Positions 27,388-36,164 of a DNA stretch of 64,000 bases are shown here, in pieces (within the stretch, counting starts at the first letter, position 1; each line of letters starts with the position of its first letter). Below the pieces are notes generated by a model, which saw only the letters and a program-made list of their open reading frames with translations, made no database searches and was not told the DNA's origin. The stretch spans positions 2,304,001-2,368,000 of the forward strand of contig OZ241869.1 in NCBI GenBank assembly GCA_965202805.1, in the 5' to 3' direction. Origin of the DNA: Longimicrobiales bacterium (GTDB lineage Bacteria; Gemmatimonadota; Gemmatimonadetes; Longimicrobiales; Gaopeijiaceae). Position numbers and translations under genes: made by a program.

Positions 27388-27404
27388 GATATCTATTGTA
27401 TATC
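27388..27404. promoter_or_regulatory. Probable mazEF autoregulatory operator
   Basis: AT-rich inverted repeat GATAT-CTATTGT-ATATC just upstream of the GAGGAGG RBS of mazE. Confidence 0.55.
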
Positions 27405-27425
27405 CCTTTCGCAGAGGAGGACACC

Positions 27426-27665
27426 ATGGGTTCCCGCTCACACATCGCCAGGTGGGGGAGCAGCCTGGCCATCCGCATTCCCAAGCCGGTCGCAGAGCAA
27501 TGGGGCGTCCGCGAGGGTTCGAGGATCGAAATGGTGCCCCGGGGCGATCAGCTCGTGATGAGCAAGAGAGCCTATGATCTGACCGACTTGCTGGCCCGGA
27601 TGTCGCCGGAGACACTCCACGGCGAGATCGACACCGGACCCGCGCAGGGTAGAGAGGAGTGGTAG
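27426..27665 (+). CDS. mazE: AbrB/MazE antitoxin
   Basis: GAGGAGG RBS; RWGSSLAIRIPK, YDLTDLLA, HGEIDTGPAQGREEW. Confidence 0.92.
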   Translation: MGSRSHIARWGSSLAIRIPKPVAEQWGVREGSRIEMVPRGDQLVMSKRAYDLTDLLARMSPETLHGEIDTGPAQGREEW

Positions 27666-28006
27666 AGGGTCCAAACCCGCCGGACACCGGGCACATCGTC
27701 TGGATGGCCTTCACGCCCCAGGCTGGTCACGAGCAGGCCGGGCGCCGTCCCGCGCTGGTGCTCAGCCCCGAGGAGTACAACAGCAGGAGTGGCCTGGCGC
27801 TTTTCTGTCCGATTACATCCAGCCGGAAGGGCTATCCGTTCGAAGTGGTGCTGCCGGCGACGGGCAGGGTCACCGGCGTAGTCCTGGCCGACCAGATCAA
27901 GAGCCTGGACTGGCGGGCCAGACGAGCTCGATTCGCGTGCAAGGCCCCATCAACGGCCGTCAGCGAAGTCCTGGCCAAGGTCTCGGTGCTTCTGGGCCAC
28001 CCGTAA
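27659..28006 (+). CDS. mazF: MazF/PemK endoribonuclease toxin
   Basis: FTPQAGHEQAGRRPALVLSP, CPITS-x2-KGYPFEV, LADQIKSLDWRAR; overlaps the mazE stop. Confidence 0.95.
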   Translation: MVEGPNPPDTGHIVWMAFTPQAGHEQAGRRPALVLSPEEYNSRSGLALFCPITSSRKGYPFEVVLPATGRVTGVVLADQIKSLDWRARRARFACKAPSTAVSEVLAKVSVLLGHP

Positions 28007-28019
28007 GCATGTCACCCCC

Positions 28020-29360
28020 TCACTCCAGCCCCATCGCCAGCGCCACCCAGATGGCCACCATCCCGATCGCCACCAGCCCCAGGTAGAGCGGGAAGGTGTG
28101 GCGGATCCAGTCCTCGTAGCGGATCTTCGCCGACGCCAGGATCGCCATCAGCGCGCCGTTGGTGGGGGTCAGCAGCTCGCACAGCCCCGCCCCGTACTGG
28201 TACGCCAGCACGGTGACCTGGCGCGACATGCCGAGCAGGTCGGAGAGGGGCACCAGTACCGGCATGGTCAGCACCGCCTGCCCGCTCACGCTGGGGACGG
28301 GCACGTGGATCGCCACCTGGGCCGCCACCATCCCGAAGGCGGAAGCCAGCACGGGGAGGCCCTCCAGGGGCGTGAACAGCCCGTGCACGATGGTATCCAC
28401 CACCCGGCCGTCCTGGAGCACCACGTAGATCGCCCGTGCGAACCCGATCAGCAGGGCGGCGAAGGTCATCTCGCGGAAGCCGCGCAGGTAGGCCTCGGTC
28501 GTGCCGCCCAGGCGCAGCCCGGCCAGAAGGCCCACGATCACCCCCATGATGAAGAAGGCACCGGAGAGTTCGTTGAACCCCCAGCCCCATTGCGTCATCC
28601 CCACCACGGCCAGGACGAAGGTCGCTCCCACCAGGCCCAGGATCCCCCAGTCGGACGGGCGCATGCCCTCGGCCCCTTCTTCGGCCACCGCCTCGGCGGG
28701 TCCGCGCGTGCGCCGCGCATAGCGCATGGTCATCCCGACCCAGAAGGTCAGCGCGAGCAGCAGGAACACGATCCGGAACGCCGCGCCCGACGCCAGCGGC
28801 AGTTCGGCGAGCCGTTGCGCGATCTGCACCTGGAAGGGGTTGATGGGGCTGAAGGCGGAGCCCACGAACGCCGCACCCGCGCTCATCGCCACCGCGACCA
28901 TCGCGTTGAAGCCGATCCTGCGGGTGAGGATCAGCAGCACGGGGATCAGCGGGATGATCTCCTCCTGCAGGTTCTGGACGACACCGCCGACGGCGAAGGG
29001 GACCGACACCACCGGGATGATGAGCAGATCCCGCCCGTGCAGCGCCCGGGTCAGCGACGTCACTCCCCGCCGGAGCGCGCCGGTCGCGTCCACAACGGTG
29101 AAGGCGCCCCCGATCAGGAAGACGAGGAAGATGATCTCGGCCGCGTCCGCCATCCCGCGCGGCAGCGCAACCATGGCGTCGAACAGGTTCACCGGGTTGG
29201 GCTCCACCTCCTCGTAGGTGCCCGCGACCACCACGACGCGCCCGGTCGCCTCGTCGTCGCGGCGCTCGTACTCGCCGGCGGGGAGCAGGTAGCTGGCGGC
29301 CGCAGCGAGAATCACGCCGGCCATCAGCAGGACCAGTGGATGCGGAACCCGAAGCTTCAT
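28020..29360 (-). CDS. YfcC/DcuC-like (IT superfamily) transporter
   Basis: VPHPLVL, PAGEYER, FLIGGAF, SPINPF, VPSVSGQAVLTMP, LAYQYGAG; many hydrophobic helices. Confidence 0.88.
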   Translation of the reverse strand: MKLRVPHPLVLLMAGVILAAAASYLLPAGEYERRDDEATGRVVVVAGTYEEVEPNPVNLFDAMVALPRGMADAAEIIFLVFLIGGAFTVVDATGALRRGVTSLTRALHGRDLLIIPVVSVPFAVGGVVQNLQEEIIPLIPVLLILTRRIGFNAMVAVAMSAGAAFVGSAFSPINPFQVQIAQRLAELPLASGAAFRIVFLLLALTFWVGMTMRYARRTRGPAEAVAEEGAEGMRPSDWGILGLVGATFVLAVVGMTQWGWGFNELSGAFFIMGVIVGLLAGLRLGGTTEAYLRGFREMTFAALLIGFARAIYVVLQDGRVVDTIVHGLFTPLEGLPVLASAFGMVAAQVAIHVPVPSVSGQAVLTMPVLVPLSDLLGMSRQVTVLAYQYGAGLCELLTPTNGALMAILASAKIRYEDWIRHTFPLYLGLVAIGMVAIWVALAMGLE

Positions 29361-30085
29361 GGCGTCTGCCTCCTCTCCATCCACTGAACCAGCTCGGCCT
29401 GCGCGACGATCAGCACATGGCCCTGTCCCGGAAGGATCTCGAGCGTGACGTCCGCCCCGGCATCCCGCAGGCGCTCCGCCGTGGATTCCGAGCCGTCGAC
29501 CCAGCGGGTGTCGCCCTCGCCCACCATCATCCAGACGGACATCCCGGAGAGCGGCTCGAGCGACTCCTCGCCCGCGTAGCGGCCCGGCATGGCGATGATG
29601 CCTCCGACCCGGTCCGGCACCGCGAGCGCCGCGTGGAAGACCCCGATCCCGCCCGCGGACGCGCCCGTCATGACGATATCATCCGCCGCACCGGCGAAGT
29701 TCTCGTCGATCCAGCCCATCACGGCGGACATCACGGCTGCGGCATCCTCCTCCAGGCCCGGCCCGTAGGTCTCCACGCCGACGACCGCGTATCCCGCCGC
29801 CGGCGCCGCCTGGTCCCAGTAGGAGTCGATCAGCCCCAGCAGGAGGCTCGCGTCCCCCGCGCCCCACGGGAACGCCACTACGACGCCCCTGGGCGTGGCC
29901 TCCGGGCGCACGACGGCGATGCTCACGCCGGCCCCCGACTCCATCGGCAGCCGGATCCACTCCGGGCCCTGCGGCAGGTCGGGTCCGGCGCCGCCCTCGG
30001 CCGCGCAGGCGAGCGCGAGCGTCACCAGGGAGGCCGCAAGCGCACCGCCGGGAGGCACCGTCCGGGTCTGGCACGTTCTGGTCAT
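29357..30085 (-). CDS. Secreted alpha/beta-hydrolase (esterase-like) lipoprotein
   Basis: Lipobox LALAC; nucleophile GASAGG, VGEGD, GQGH; stop overlaps the yfcC start. Confidence 0.7.
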   Translation of the reverse strand: MTRTCQTRTVPPGGALAASLVTLALACAAEGGAGPDLPQGPEWIRLPMESGAGVSIAVVRPEATPRGVVVAFPWGAGDASLLLGLIDSYWDQAAPAAGYAVVGVETYGPGLEEDAAAVMSAVMGWIDENFAGAADDIVMTGASAGGIGVFHAALAVPDRVGGIIAMPGRYAGEESLEPLSGMSVWMMVGEGDTRWVDGSESTAERLRDAGADVTLEILPGQGHVLIVAQAELVQWMERRQTP

Positions 30086-30104
30086 CGGTTTCCGCTTCCG
30101 CGCT

Positions 30105-30147
30105 GTTGTTCCGGGGTGCCCGGGGCGGTTGTTCCGGCGTGCCCGGG
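30105..30147. repeat. 20-bp direct repeat, 2 copies, 23-bp period
   Basis: GTTGTTCCGGGGTGCCCGGG (30105) and GTTGTTCCGGCGTGCCCGGG (30128). Confidence 0.8.
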
Positions 30148-30237
30148 ATGGCACCTCTGGAGATAGGGCGCGGGCAGCTTGCCGAGCAAGGTCGATCCAT
30201 GCGTCCCGCGACGCAGCCCGACGTTCCCGCGCTGCGC

Positions 30238-31293
30238 CTACTCCCGGCCGCGCCGGCGCCGGAGCGACTCCCGCCGCTGGCGATAGCTCGCGTATGCCCG
30301 GGGATGGTCCTCGTTGGCGCGCGTGGGCTCGGAGAAGGCGGTCAGGTGCACGGCGGTCTCCCGATGGACGAGGGCCCCTGCGATCGCGCCCCTCGCCACG
30401 ACCCCCACGTCATGCCCCAGCGCGACGGCCGGGTGGACATCGAACGCCCCCTCCCGCAGACGGTCGACGAAGGCGCGCGCGTGCTTCCGCCGGGGCGCCC
30501 GGTCGCGGGCGGTCGGCCGCTCCATCGCGTCGATCGCGTAGCTGCGCACCAGCTTGGGAAGGAAGGCCGCGAAGGTCTCGTGCCTGTCGAAGAGATCCAT
30601 GCCGAACTGCCGGGCGCCGGTAACGAAGATGGCGCCGATCTGACCGTCAATCAGGGACAGCTTCTCGACGTAGTCGTCCAGCGTGGCCCCGTGGCGCTCG
30701 TAGATCGCGCTCATCGCCTGGGTCGGGGAGTGCACCTCCATGCGGGCGGCCTTCTCGCTCAGGGCATCCCAGACCGCGCCCTGGTCGGAGCGCCGGGTCC
30801 CCGTGGTGCGGATCGATGCCTGCACGCTGTGGAGTCGGGCCGCGCGCCCGCGGCTGTTCTGCACTCGCTCGGTCACGTCGAAGTCGGGCTGGCTGTAGCC
30901 CCAGCGCCCGGCCTCCACGCACGACACCGGGATGGTCGTGGTGCGCTCGGCCGGAACCAGCAGGGTGAGGTTGGCGATCCGGTTCTGCTTGGCGCCCACC
31001 AGCTCCTCGCCATCGACGATGAGCACGTCGGCATCGGACCGGTTCTTGACCAGGAGATTGGGCACGCTGCCCCCCTTGTCCACTTCCCGGACCGACACCA
31101 GCCCGGTGCGCAGGCCCTCCTCAAGGAGCAGGTAGCGGACGGAACTCACCAGATCCGACGTCAGCGGGAAGACGGTCAGGCCGGCGAAGTGCGCGGGCGC
31201 TCCGATCGAGAGGCTGGAGAGCGCGGTCCTGGCGCTGTCGATGGGGGTTTCGGTGGTGTGGGCGTCGGATTCGGCAGGGGGCGGATGGCGCAT
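30238..31293 (-). CDS. ARPP-1 / DUF6569 family protein
   Basis: AAGGAG before ATG 31293; LTVFPL, GSVPNL, DGEELVGAKQNR, IPVSCVEAGRW, DQGAVW, KLVRSYAIDA. Confidence 0.8.
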   Translation of the reverse strand: MRHPPPAESDAHTTETPIDSARTALSSLSIGAPAHFAGLTVFPLTSDLVSSVRYLLLEEGLRTGLVSVREVDKGGSVPNLLVKNRSDADVLIVDGEELVGAKQNRIANLTLLVPAERTTTIPVSCVEAGRWGYSQPDFDVTERVQNSRGRAARLHSVQASIRTTGTRRSDQGAVWDALSEKAARMEVHSPTQAMSAIYERHGATLDDYVEKLSLIDGQIGAIFVTGARQFGMDLFDRHETFAAFLPKLVRSYAIDAMERPTARDRAPRRKHARAFVDRLREGAFDVHPAVALGHDVGVVARGAIAGALVHRETAVHLTAFSEPTRANEDHPRAYASYRQRRESLRRRRGRE

Positions 31294-31310
31294 GATCGTC
31301 TCTCCTTTTA

Positions 31311-31400
31311 TGTTGTCAGTAATCACCAGTTGATATCAGTATAAGAGACCAGCTGGCGCATGTCAACAGTAGTCATCAGCTAATAGCAGTAAACGACAGC
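31311..31400. repeat. Helically phased 10-bp direct-repeat array (7 in-phase copies)
   Basis: CAG[T/C] starting at 31317, 31327, 31337, 31367, 31377, 31387 and 31397 in an AT-rich intergenic region. Confidence 0.85.
31338..31366 (-). promoter_or_regulatory. Near-consensus sigma70 promoter for the ARPP-1 gene
   Basis: Minus strand TTGACA (31366-31361), 17-nt spacer, TATACT (31343-31338). Confidence 0.85.
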
Positions 31401-31443
31401 ACAAGGCGGAAACCAGGGACGCCACCGGCCTGAGAGGCAGAGA

Positions 31444-32268
31444 ATGGGCAGCTACACCACGAACGAGCTGGAGCGCGACACCGGCTTCGGGCGGAGGACC
31501 ATCGCCTACTACGTACAGGAGGGCCTGCTGCCCCGGGTCGGCCGGCGCGGGCCGCGCACCCGCTATCCCGAACTGGTGCGGGATCGCCTGCTCTTCATGC
31601 GGCGCGTACGCGAGGCGGAGGCCGAGAGCGAGATCCGGCCCGTTTCCCTGAGCAGCCTGCGCGAGCTGTTCCAGGCCCTGCCCCGCGGGCTGGTCGCAAG
31701 CGTCGCCGCCGGGGAAACCCCGATCACCCCCGACATCGTTTCGCTCTCATCCGTCGAGCAACGTTCCATGGTAGACCGCGTGGCCGCGCTCAGGGCACGG
31801 CTCCTGGACGCGCGGCCCGGGCCGGCCGCCAAGTCCCCGATTGCCCGCGTCTACGAGGGCGAGAGGCTGGAACTCCGGGCGCCAGCGCTCCCGGACTGGG
31901 CGGGCGAGGAATCTGACGCGTACCCGGCAGCCCCGCAGGCACCGCGATTCGGGTTGGAGGACGATGCCGTGGACGAGGCCGTGCGCCGGCCCCGGAGCGC
32001 CGAGACAGCGGGCGAGGACGCCGATACCCTCGCGCATCAACTGTCCTGGGTGCTGAATGAGCTTCGCTCTCCCGCCCGCCGCGAACGCGCCGCGGACGCA
32101 GTCGACACCTGGTCGCAGGTCGAGGTCACCTCCGACATCCGGCTCTCGGTCCGGGGAATGGCGGACGAGGACGCGTTCCTTCTGCGCGTCGCCGGGCGCC
32201 TGCTGCGGCAGGTGCTCGAGAGCCACAGCCCGTTGGAGGAACGAAGCTCGGACGAGCTTGAGGAGTAG
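31444..32268 (+). CDS. MerR-like HTH DNA-binding protein with uncharacterised C-terminus
   Basis: YTTNELERDTGFGRRTIAYYVQEGLLP...TRYPE N-terminal wHTH; C-terminal WSQVEVTSDIRLSVR; no Cys metal-sensing motif. Confidence 0.8.
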   Translation: MGSYTTNELERDTGFGRRTIAYYVQEGLLPRVGRRGPRTRYPELVRDRLLFMRRVREAEAESEIRPVSLSSLRELFQALPRGLVASVAAGETPITPDIVSLSSVEQRSMVDRVAALRARLLDARPGPAAKSPIARVYEGERLELRAPALPDWAGEESDAYPAAPQAPRFGLEDDAVDEAVRRPRSAETAGEDADTLAHQLSWVLNELRSPARRERAADAVDTWSQVEVTSDIRLSVRGMADEDAFLLRVAGRLLRQVLESHSPLEERSSDELEE

Positions 32269-32304
32269 GCGCAGCACGGCGGCGGCAGACGGGGGCTGCA
32301 GGCC

Positions 32305-33225
32305 GTGGAGGCGAGCCGCGGACGGGCCGCAATCGTCGTGGAGGGCGCCTGCCGGGCGATCGGCCTGGATTCCCGCGATGTCCTGAGCGTACGGCCGGTC
32401 GGGGGCGGCTGCATCAACCAGGGCACCGCGCTTCGCACCACCCGCGGCGACTTCTTCCTGAAGTGGAACCGGCGGGCGGATCACCGCTTCTTCGCCGTGG
32501 AGGCCGAGGGTCTGGCGGCGCTGGGGGCCTCGGACGCCGTGCGGGTGCCGTCCGTCGTCGCCGCAAGCGGGCCCGGGGACGAGGTCGCCTGGCTGCTGCT
32601 CGAATGGATCGAGGAGGGCCGGGCCGGCAGATCGGGGTGGATGCGGCTGGGCCGGGAGTTGGCCGCGCTGCACCGGGATGTGGGTCCCGGAGGGCCGGGG
32701 GGCCCCTTTGGTTGGAGCGGCGACAACCTGATCGGGTCGCTGCCCCAGCCCAACGGGTGGAGCGACGACTGGGCCGGCTTCTGGGCCGAGCGCCGCATCC
32801 TTCCGCTGACGCGGGAGCTGCGCGCGCGGGGCACGTTCCCGGCGGCCCGGGCAGCCGTGGTCGAAGCGGTGGCGGAGCACGCGGACGAACTCCTCGGTCC
32901 GGCGGCGGCGTCGGACGGCCCTTCCCTGCTCCACGGCGACCTCTGGTCCGGCAACGTGCTCTTCGCCCGCGACGGCGCACCCGTGCTCATCGACCCGGCC
33001 GTGTACGTCGGGCACCGCGAGGTGGACCTGGCCATGGCCGACCTGTTCGGCGGCTTTTCCGGAGCCTTCCGCGAGGCCTACGAGGACGCCTGGCCTCTCC
33101 AGCCCGGCTACCTGCGGCGGCGGCCGGCCTACCAGCTCTACCCGCTGCTGGTGCACGCGCGGCTCTTCGGGGGCGGCTACGCGGCGGCGTCGGTGGCTGC
33201 GGCCAGGGCGGCGCTGGGGGGATAG
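32305..33225 (+). CDS. Fructosamine kinase family protein
   Basis: VGGGCIN, FFLK, EAEGL, DNLIGSLPQPN, LLHGDLWSGN, IDPAVYVGHREVDLAM, YQLYPLLVH. Confidence 0.92.
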   Translation: MEASRGRAAIVVEGACRAIGLDSRDVLSVRPVGGGCINQGTALRTTRGDFFLKWNRRADHRFFAVEAEGLAALGASDAVRVPSVVAASGPGDEVAWLLLEWIEEGRAGRSGWMRLGRELAALHRDVGPGGPGGPFGWSGDNLIGSLPQPNGWSDDWAGFWAERRILPLTRELRARGTFPAARAAVVEAVAEHADELLGPAAASDGPSLLHGDLWSGNVLFARDGAPVLIDPAVYVGHREVDLAMADLFGGFSGAFREAYEDAWPLQPGYLRRRPAYQLYPLLVHARLFGGGYAAASVAAARAALGG

Positions 33226-33323
33226 GGCGGGCGCGCCGGACGCCGTCCCGTTCGTGCGGTGCCAGAGTCAGAGTTGCATGCTAAGGCAGGCACGGAGGGC
33301 GGGCTGCTCGTCCGAAAGGAGGC

Positions 33324-34622
33324 ATGATGTACGTGAAGTGGCGGGGAACGATGTGCGCAACCTGGAGAGGAAGGAAGCGCCCGAAGCGGATGGCGGCGGT
33401 CTTGCTGACGGGCCTGCTCGCCTCAGGGCCGGCTGCGCTCGAGGGACAGGACGGGATCCGGCGGATGACGCTCGCGGAAGCGCTGGACGCCTTCGCCGAG
33501 AACAGCCCCGCGCTGCGCATCGCGCGGGCCGAGGCGGCGGAGATTGCGGGACGCGCACGCCAGTACCGCAGCTACGCCAACCCCGCCGTCTCGCTCCTGC
33601 GCGAGGATCTGGGTTACTCGGGCGAAGACTACTGGGAAACGACCGCGGGGCTGATGCAGCGGATCGAATGGCCCGGTCGCACCACCGCCCGCGGCGCGGC
33701 CGCCCGCCATGCCATCACCGGGGCCGGCGCCCGGTTCCGTGCCGATTCCCTGCAACTGGTCTACGACGTTCGCGAGGCCTATGTGGCCGCCTGGCTCGCG
33801 GAGGAGGCGGAACGCACCATCGGACAGGCCGCGGAGATGATCCAGGTGGTGACGCGCGCGGCGGAGCAGCGCCTCGAGGCCGGCGACATCTCGGGGTACG
33901 AGACCCGTCGGCTGCGGCTCGGCCGGATTCAGGCCGAGAAGGATGAGGCGGACGCGGAGCTCCGGACCCGTGCCGCGCGCCGGCTGCTGGCGTCCCTGGT
34001 CCTGCCGCAGATTTCCCCGCAGGAGCTGGGACCCGCTGATGCGATTACGGGCCTTCCGCCCACCATCACCGCCGGAATCGCCCTCGACGCCCTCTCCCGC
34101 CGTCCCGATCTGGAGGCCGCCGCGCGCGAACTCGACGCCGCCCGGGCCCGGCACCGGGTCGCGAACCTGGAGTGGGTGCCCGATCCGACGCTGAGCCTGG
34201 CGTACAAGGAGCACGCCGACGGCTTCAAGGGCGCCATGCTCGGGGTGGACCTGCCGCTGCCCATCTTCAACCGGGCCGGGGGCGCCCGGGAGGAAGCCGC
34301 CGCGCGCGAATCGGCGGCCACCTCGAGCCTCGAGCTTCTGCGGCGCCGGGCCGAACTCGACCTGGTGGACGCGTCCGACCGGTATTCGGTCGCGCGCGAG
34401 CGTCTGGAGGTCACGGGCGAGGGGATCATGGCCGAGGCCGGGGTTCTACTCTCGGCGGCACGGGTGGCGTACGATGAGGGCGAGATGACGCTGGTGGAGT
34501 TCCTGGACGCGACCGGGGCCTTCCGGGATGCCCGCCTGAGCGCGCTCGCGCTGCGGGCGGAAGCCTGGATCGCCTGGTACAACCTGCTGCGCGCCATGGG
34601 TGCCCCCGGGGAGGAGTCATGA
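33324..34622 (+). CDS. TolC-family outer membrane factor (CzcC-like)
   Basis: AAGGAGG RBS; signal peptide; RRPDL, LPLPIFNR, AYDEGEMTLVEFLDA; first gene of an RND operon. Confidence 0.88.
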   Translation: MMYVKWRGTMCATWRGRKRPKRMAAVLLTGLLASGPAALEGQDGIRRMTLAEALDAFAENSPALRIARAEAAEIAGRARQYRSYANPAVSLLREDLGYSGEDYWETTAGLMQRIEWPGRTTARGAAARHAITGAGARFRADSLQLVYDVREAYVAAWLAEEAERTIGQAAEMIQVVTRAAEQRLEAGDISGYETRRLRLGRIQAEKDEADAELRTRAARRLLASLVLPQISPQELGPADAITGLPPTITAGIALDALSRRPDLEAAARELDAARARHRVANLEWVPDPTLSLAYKEHADGFKGAMLGVDLPLPIFNRAGGAREEAAARESAATSSLELLRRRAELDLVDASDRYSVARERLEVTGEGIMAEAGVLLSAARVAYDEGEMTLVEFLDATGAFRDARLSALALRAEAWIAWYNLLRAMGAPGEES

Positions 34623-36151
34623 TGGGGGGAGTCGGGATTGCGATGGCGGGCCGGGCCAGGATCACGCTGGTGTCCGGAATTGCCGCGGCGCTTTGCTGCA
34701 TCGCCTGCAGTCCGGGCGCGGACGGTCTTCCGCCGGAGGCCGATCCGGTCTTCGCCGGGGGCGCGGTGGTGACCCACTGGACCGACGCGCTGGAGCTCTT
34801 CGTCGAGTATCCGCCGCACGTTCGCGGGCTGGCGGGCGACGTGTGGGCGATCCACCTCACCTGGCTCGCCGACTGGTCGCCGGTCGAGGAAGGCAGCCTG
34901 ACGCTGGCGCTGGAAGGGCCGGGAGGCGCGCGCGAGGAGATCGTGATGCCCGCACCCAGCCGGTCGGGCGTCTTCACGACGGCGCCGGTGCTGCCGGTGG
35001 CGGGAATGTGGCGCGCCGACTTCACGCTTTCCGCCCGCGGCCGGGAATACCCGGTCCCGGTGGGCGAGCTCGAGGTCTTCGAGAGCGTCGACGCCCTGGT
35101 CCTGGAAGAAGACGTCGGGGCCCCGGGTCTGATCACGCTGCTGAAGGAGCAGCAGTGGGTGATGCCCTTCGGCGTGGCCGCCGCGGAGGAGCGCAGCATC
35201 CCCCGTTCGATTCCGGCGGCGGGAGAGATCGCCGCGCCCGCCGACGGCCTCGCGCACGTCTCCGTGCCGGTCACCGGGCTGGTGGTGGTGCAGGGTCCCA
35301 CGCCCGCCCCGGGGGATGCGGTCGCCGCGGGGCAGACGCTCGCCCTGATCGCCCCCACCAGCCTGGACGACTCGTTCGCGCGCATGCAGGTGCGGGTGGC
35401 GCACGCGGAGCGGGAAGCGGCGCGCGCGGAGCGGCTGTTCGCCGCCGAGGCCATCCCGGAACGCCGCCTGCTGGAGGCGCGGCACGAACTGGAGGTGGCG
35501 CGCGCGGCCTTCGCGGCCGTGGGCGGCATCCAGGCGCCGGAGGGCGATGAGGCCGCGCACCTCTATGCGCTGCGGAGCCCAATCGGCGGCGTCCTCTCCG
35601 AACGCCATGTCGCCCCCGGGGAGCAGGTGGAAGCCGGCGCGCATGCCTTCACGGTGGTCGATCCCGCGACGCTCTGGTTCATCGCCCGGCTGCCGGCACG
35701 CGAGGCCGCGGGGGCGGGTGGGGTGCGGGAGGCCTGGTTCACGGTCGAGGGGGCGGACGCGACCTACACGACCGACCGGGTGGTCTCCACCGGCACCGTC
35801 ATCGACCCGGAGACCCGCACCCTGCCGCTGCGCTTCGCCGTCGCCAACCCGGAAGGCCGGCTCAAGGTGGGCATGCTGGCCGAGGGGCGGCTGCTCACGG
35901 GAGAGCCGGTGACCGGTGTCGCCGTGCCGTCCGAGGCGATTCAGGACGAGGACGGGCTCGGGGTCGTCTACGTCGAAGTCGGCGGCGAGAGCTTCCAGCG
36001 CCGGGTGGTGGAGCGGGGGCCCTCCGACGGCGCCTGGACCCTCGTCACCGGCGTGGCGATCGGCGAGAAGGTGGTCACAACCGGCGCCTATCAGGTGTTC
36101 CTCGCGTCGCTCGGCGACGCCGAACTCGCCGATCACGGGCACACGCATTGA
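34619..36151 (+). CDS. RND efflux periplasmic adaptor (CzcB-like)
   Basis: THWTDALELFVEYP, LLKEQQW, LRSPIGG, IDPETRTL, GEKVVTTGAY, His-rich end DHGHTH. Confidence 0.88.
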   Translation: MMGGVGIAMAGRARITLVSGIAAALCCIACSPGADGLPPEADPVFAGGAVVTHWTDALELFVEYPPHVRGLAGDVWAIHLTWLADWSPVEEGSLTLALEGPGGAREEIVMPAPSRSGVFTTAPVLPVAGMWRADFTLSARGREYPVPVGELEVFESVDALVLEEDVGAPGLITLLKEQQWVMPFGVAAAEERSIPRSIPAAGEIAAPADGLAHVSVPVTGLVVVQGPTPAPGDAVAAGQTLALIAPTSLDDSFARMQVRVAHAEREAARAERLFAAEAIPERRLLEARHELEVARAAFAAVGGIQAPEGDEAAHLYALRSPIGGVLSERHVAPGEQVEAGAHAFTVVDPATLWFIARLPAREAAGAGGVREAWFTVEGADATYTTDRVVSTGTVIDPETRTLPLRFAVANPEGRLKVGMLAEGRLLTGEPVTGVAVPSEAIQDEDGLGVVYVEVGGESFQRRVVERGPSDGAWTLVTGVAIGEKVVTTGAYQVFLASLGDAELADHGHTH

Positions 36152-36164
36152 CGGATACCGGCTG

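Noticed and set aside
30105..30147. Regulatory operator pair upstream of the esterase gene
   Set aside because: Only two GC-rich copies; a simple local duplication explains it equally well
31444..32268. Metal-sensing MerR (CueR/ZntR) regulating the nearby RND pumps
   Set aside because: The protein has no Cys, and the adjacent promoter has a 17-bp spacer with direct repeats rather than a long spacer with a palindrome
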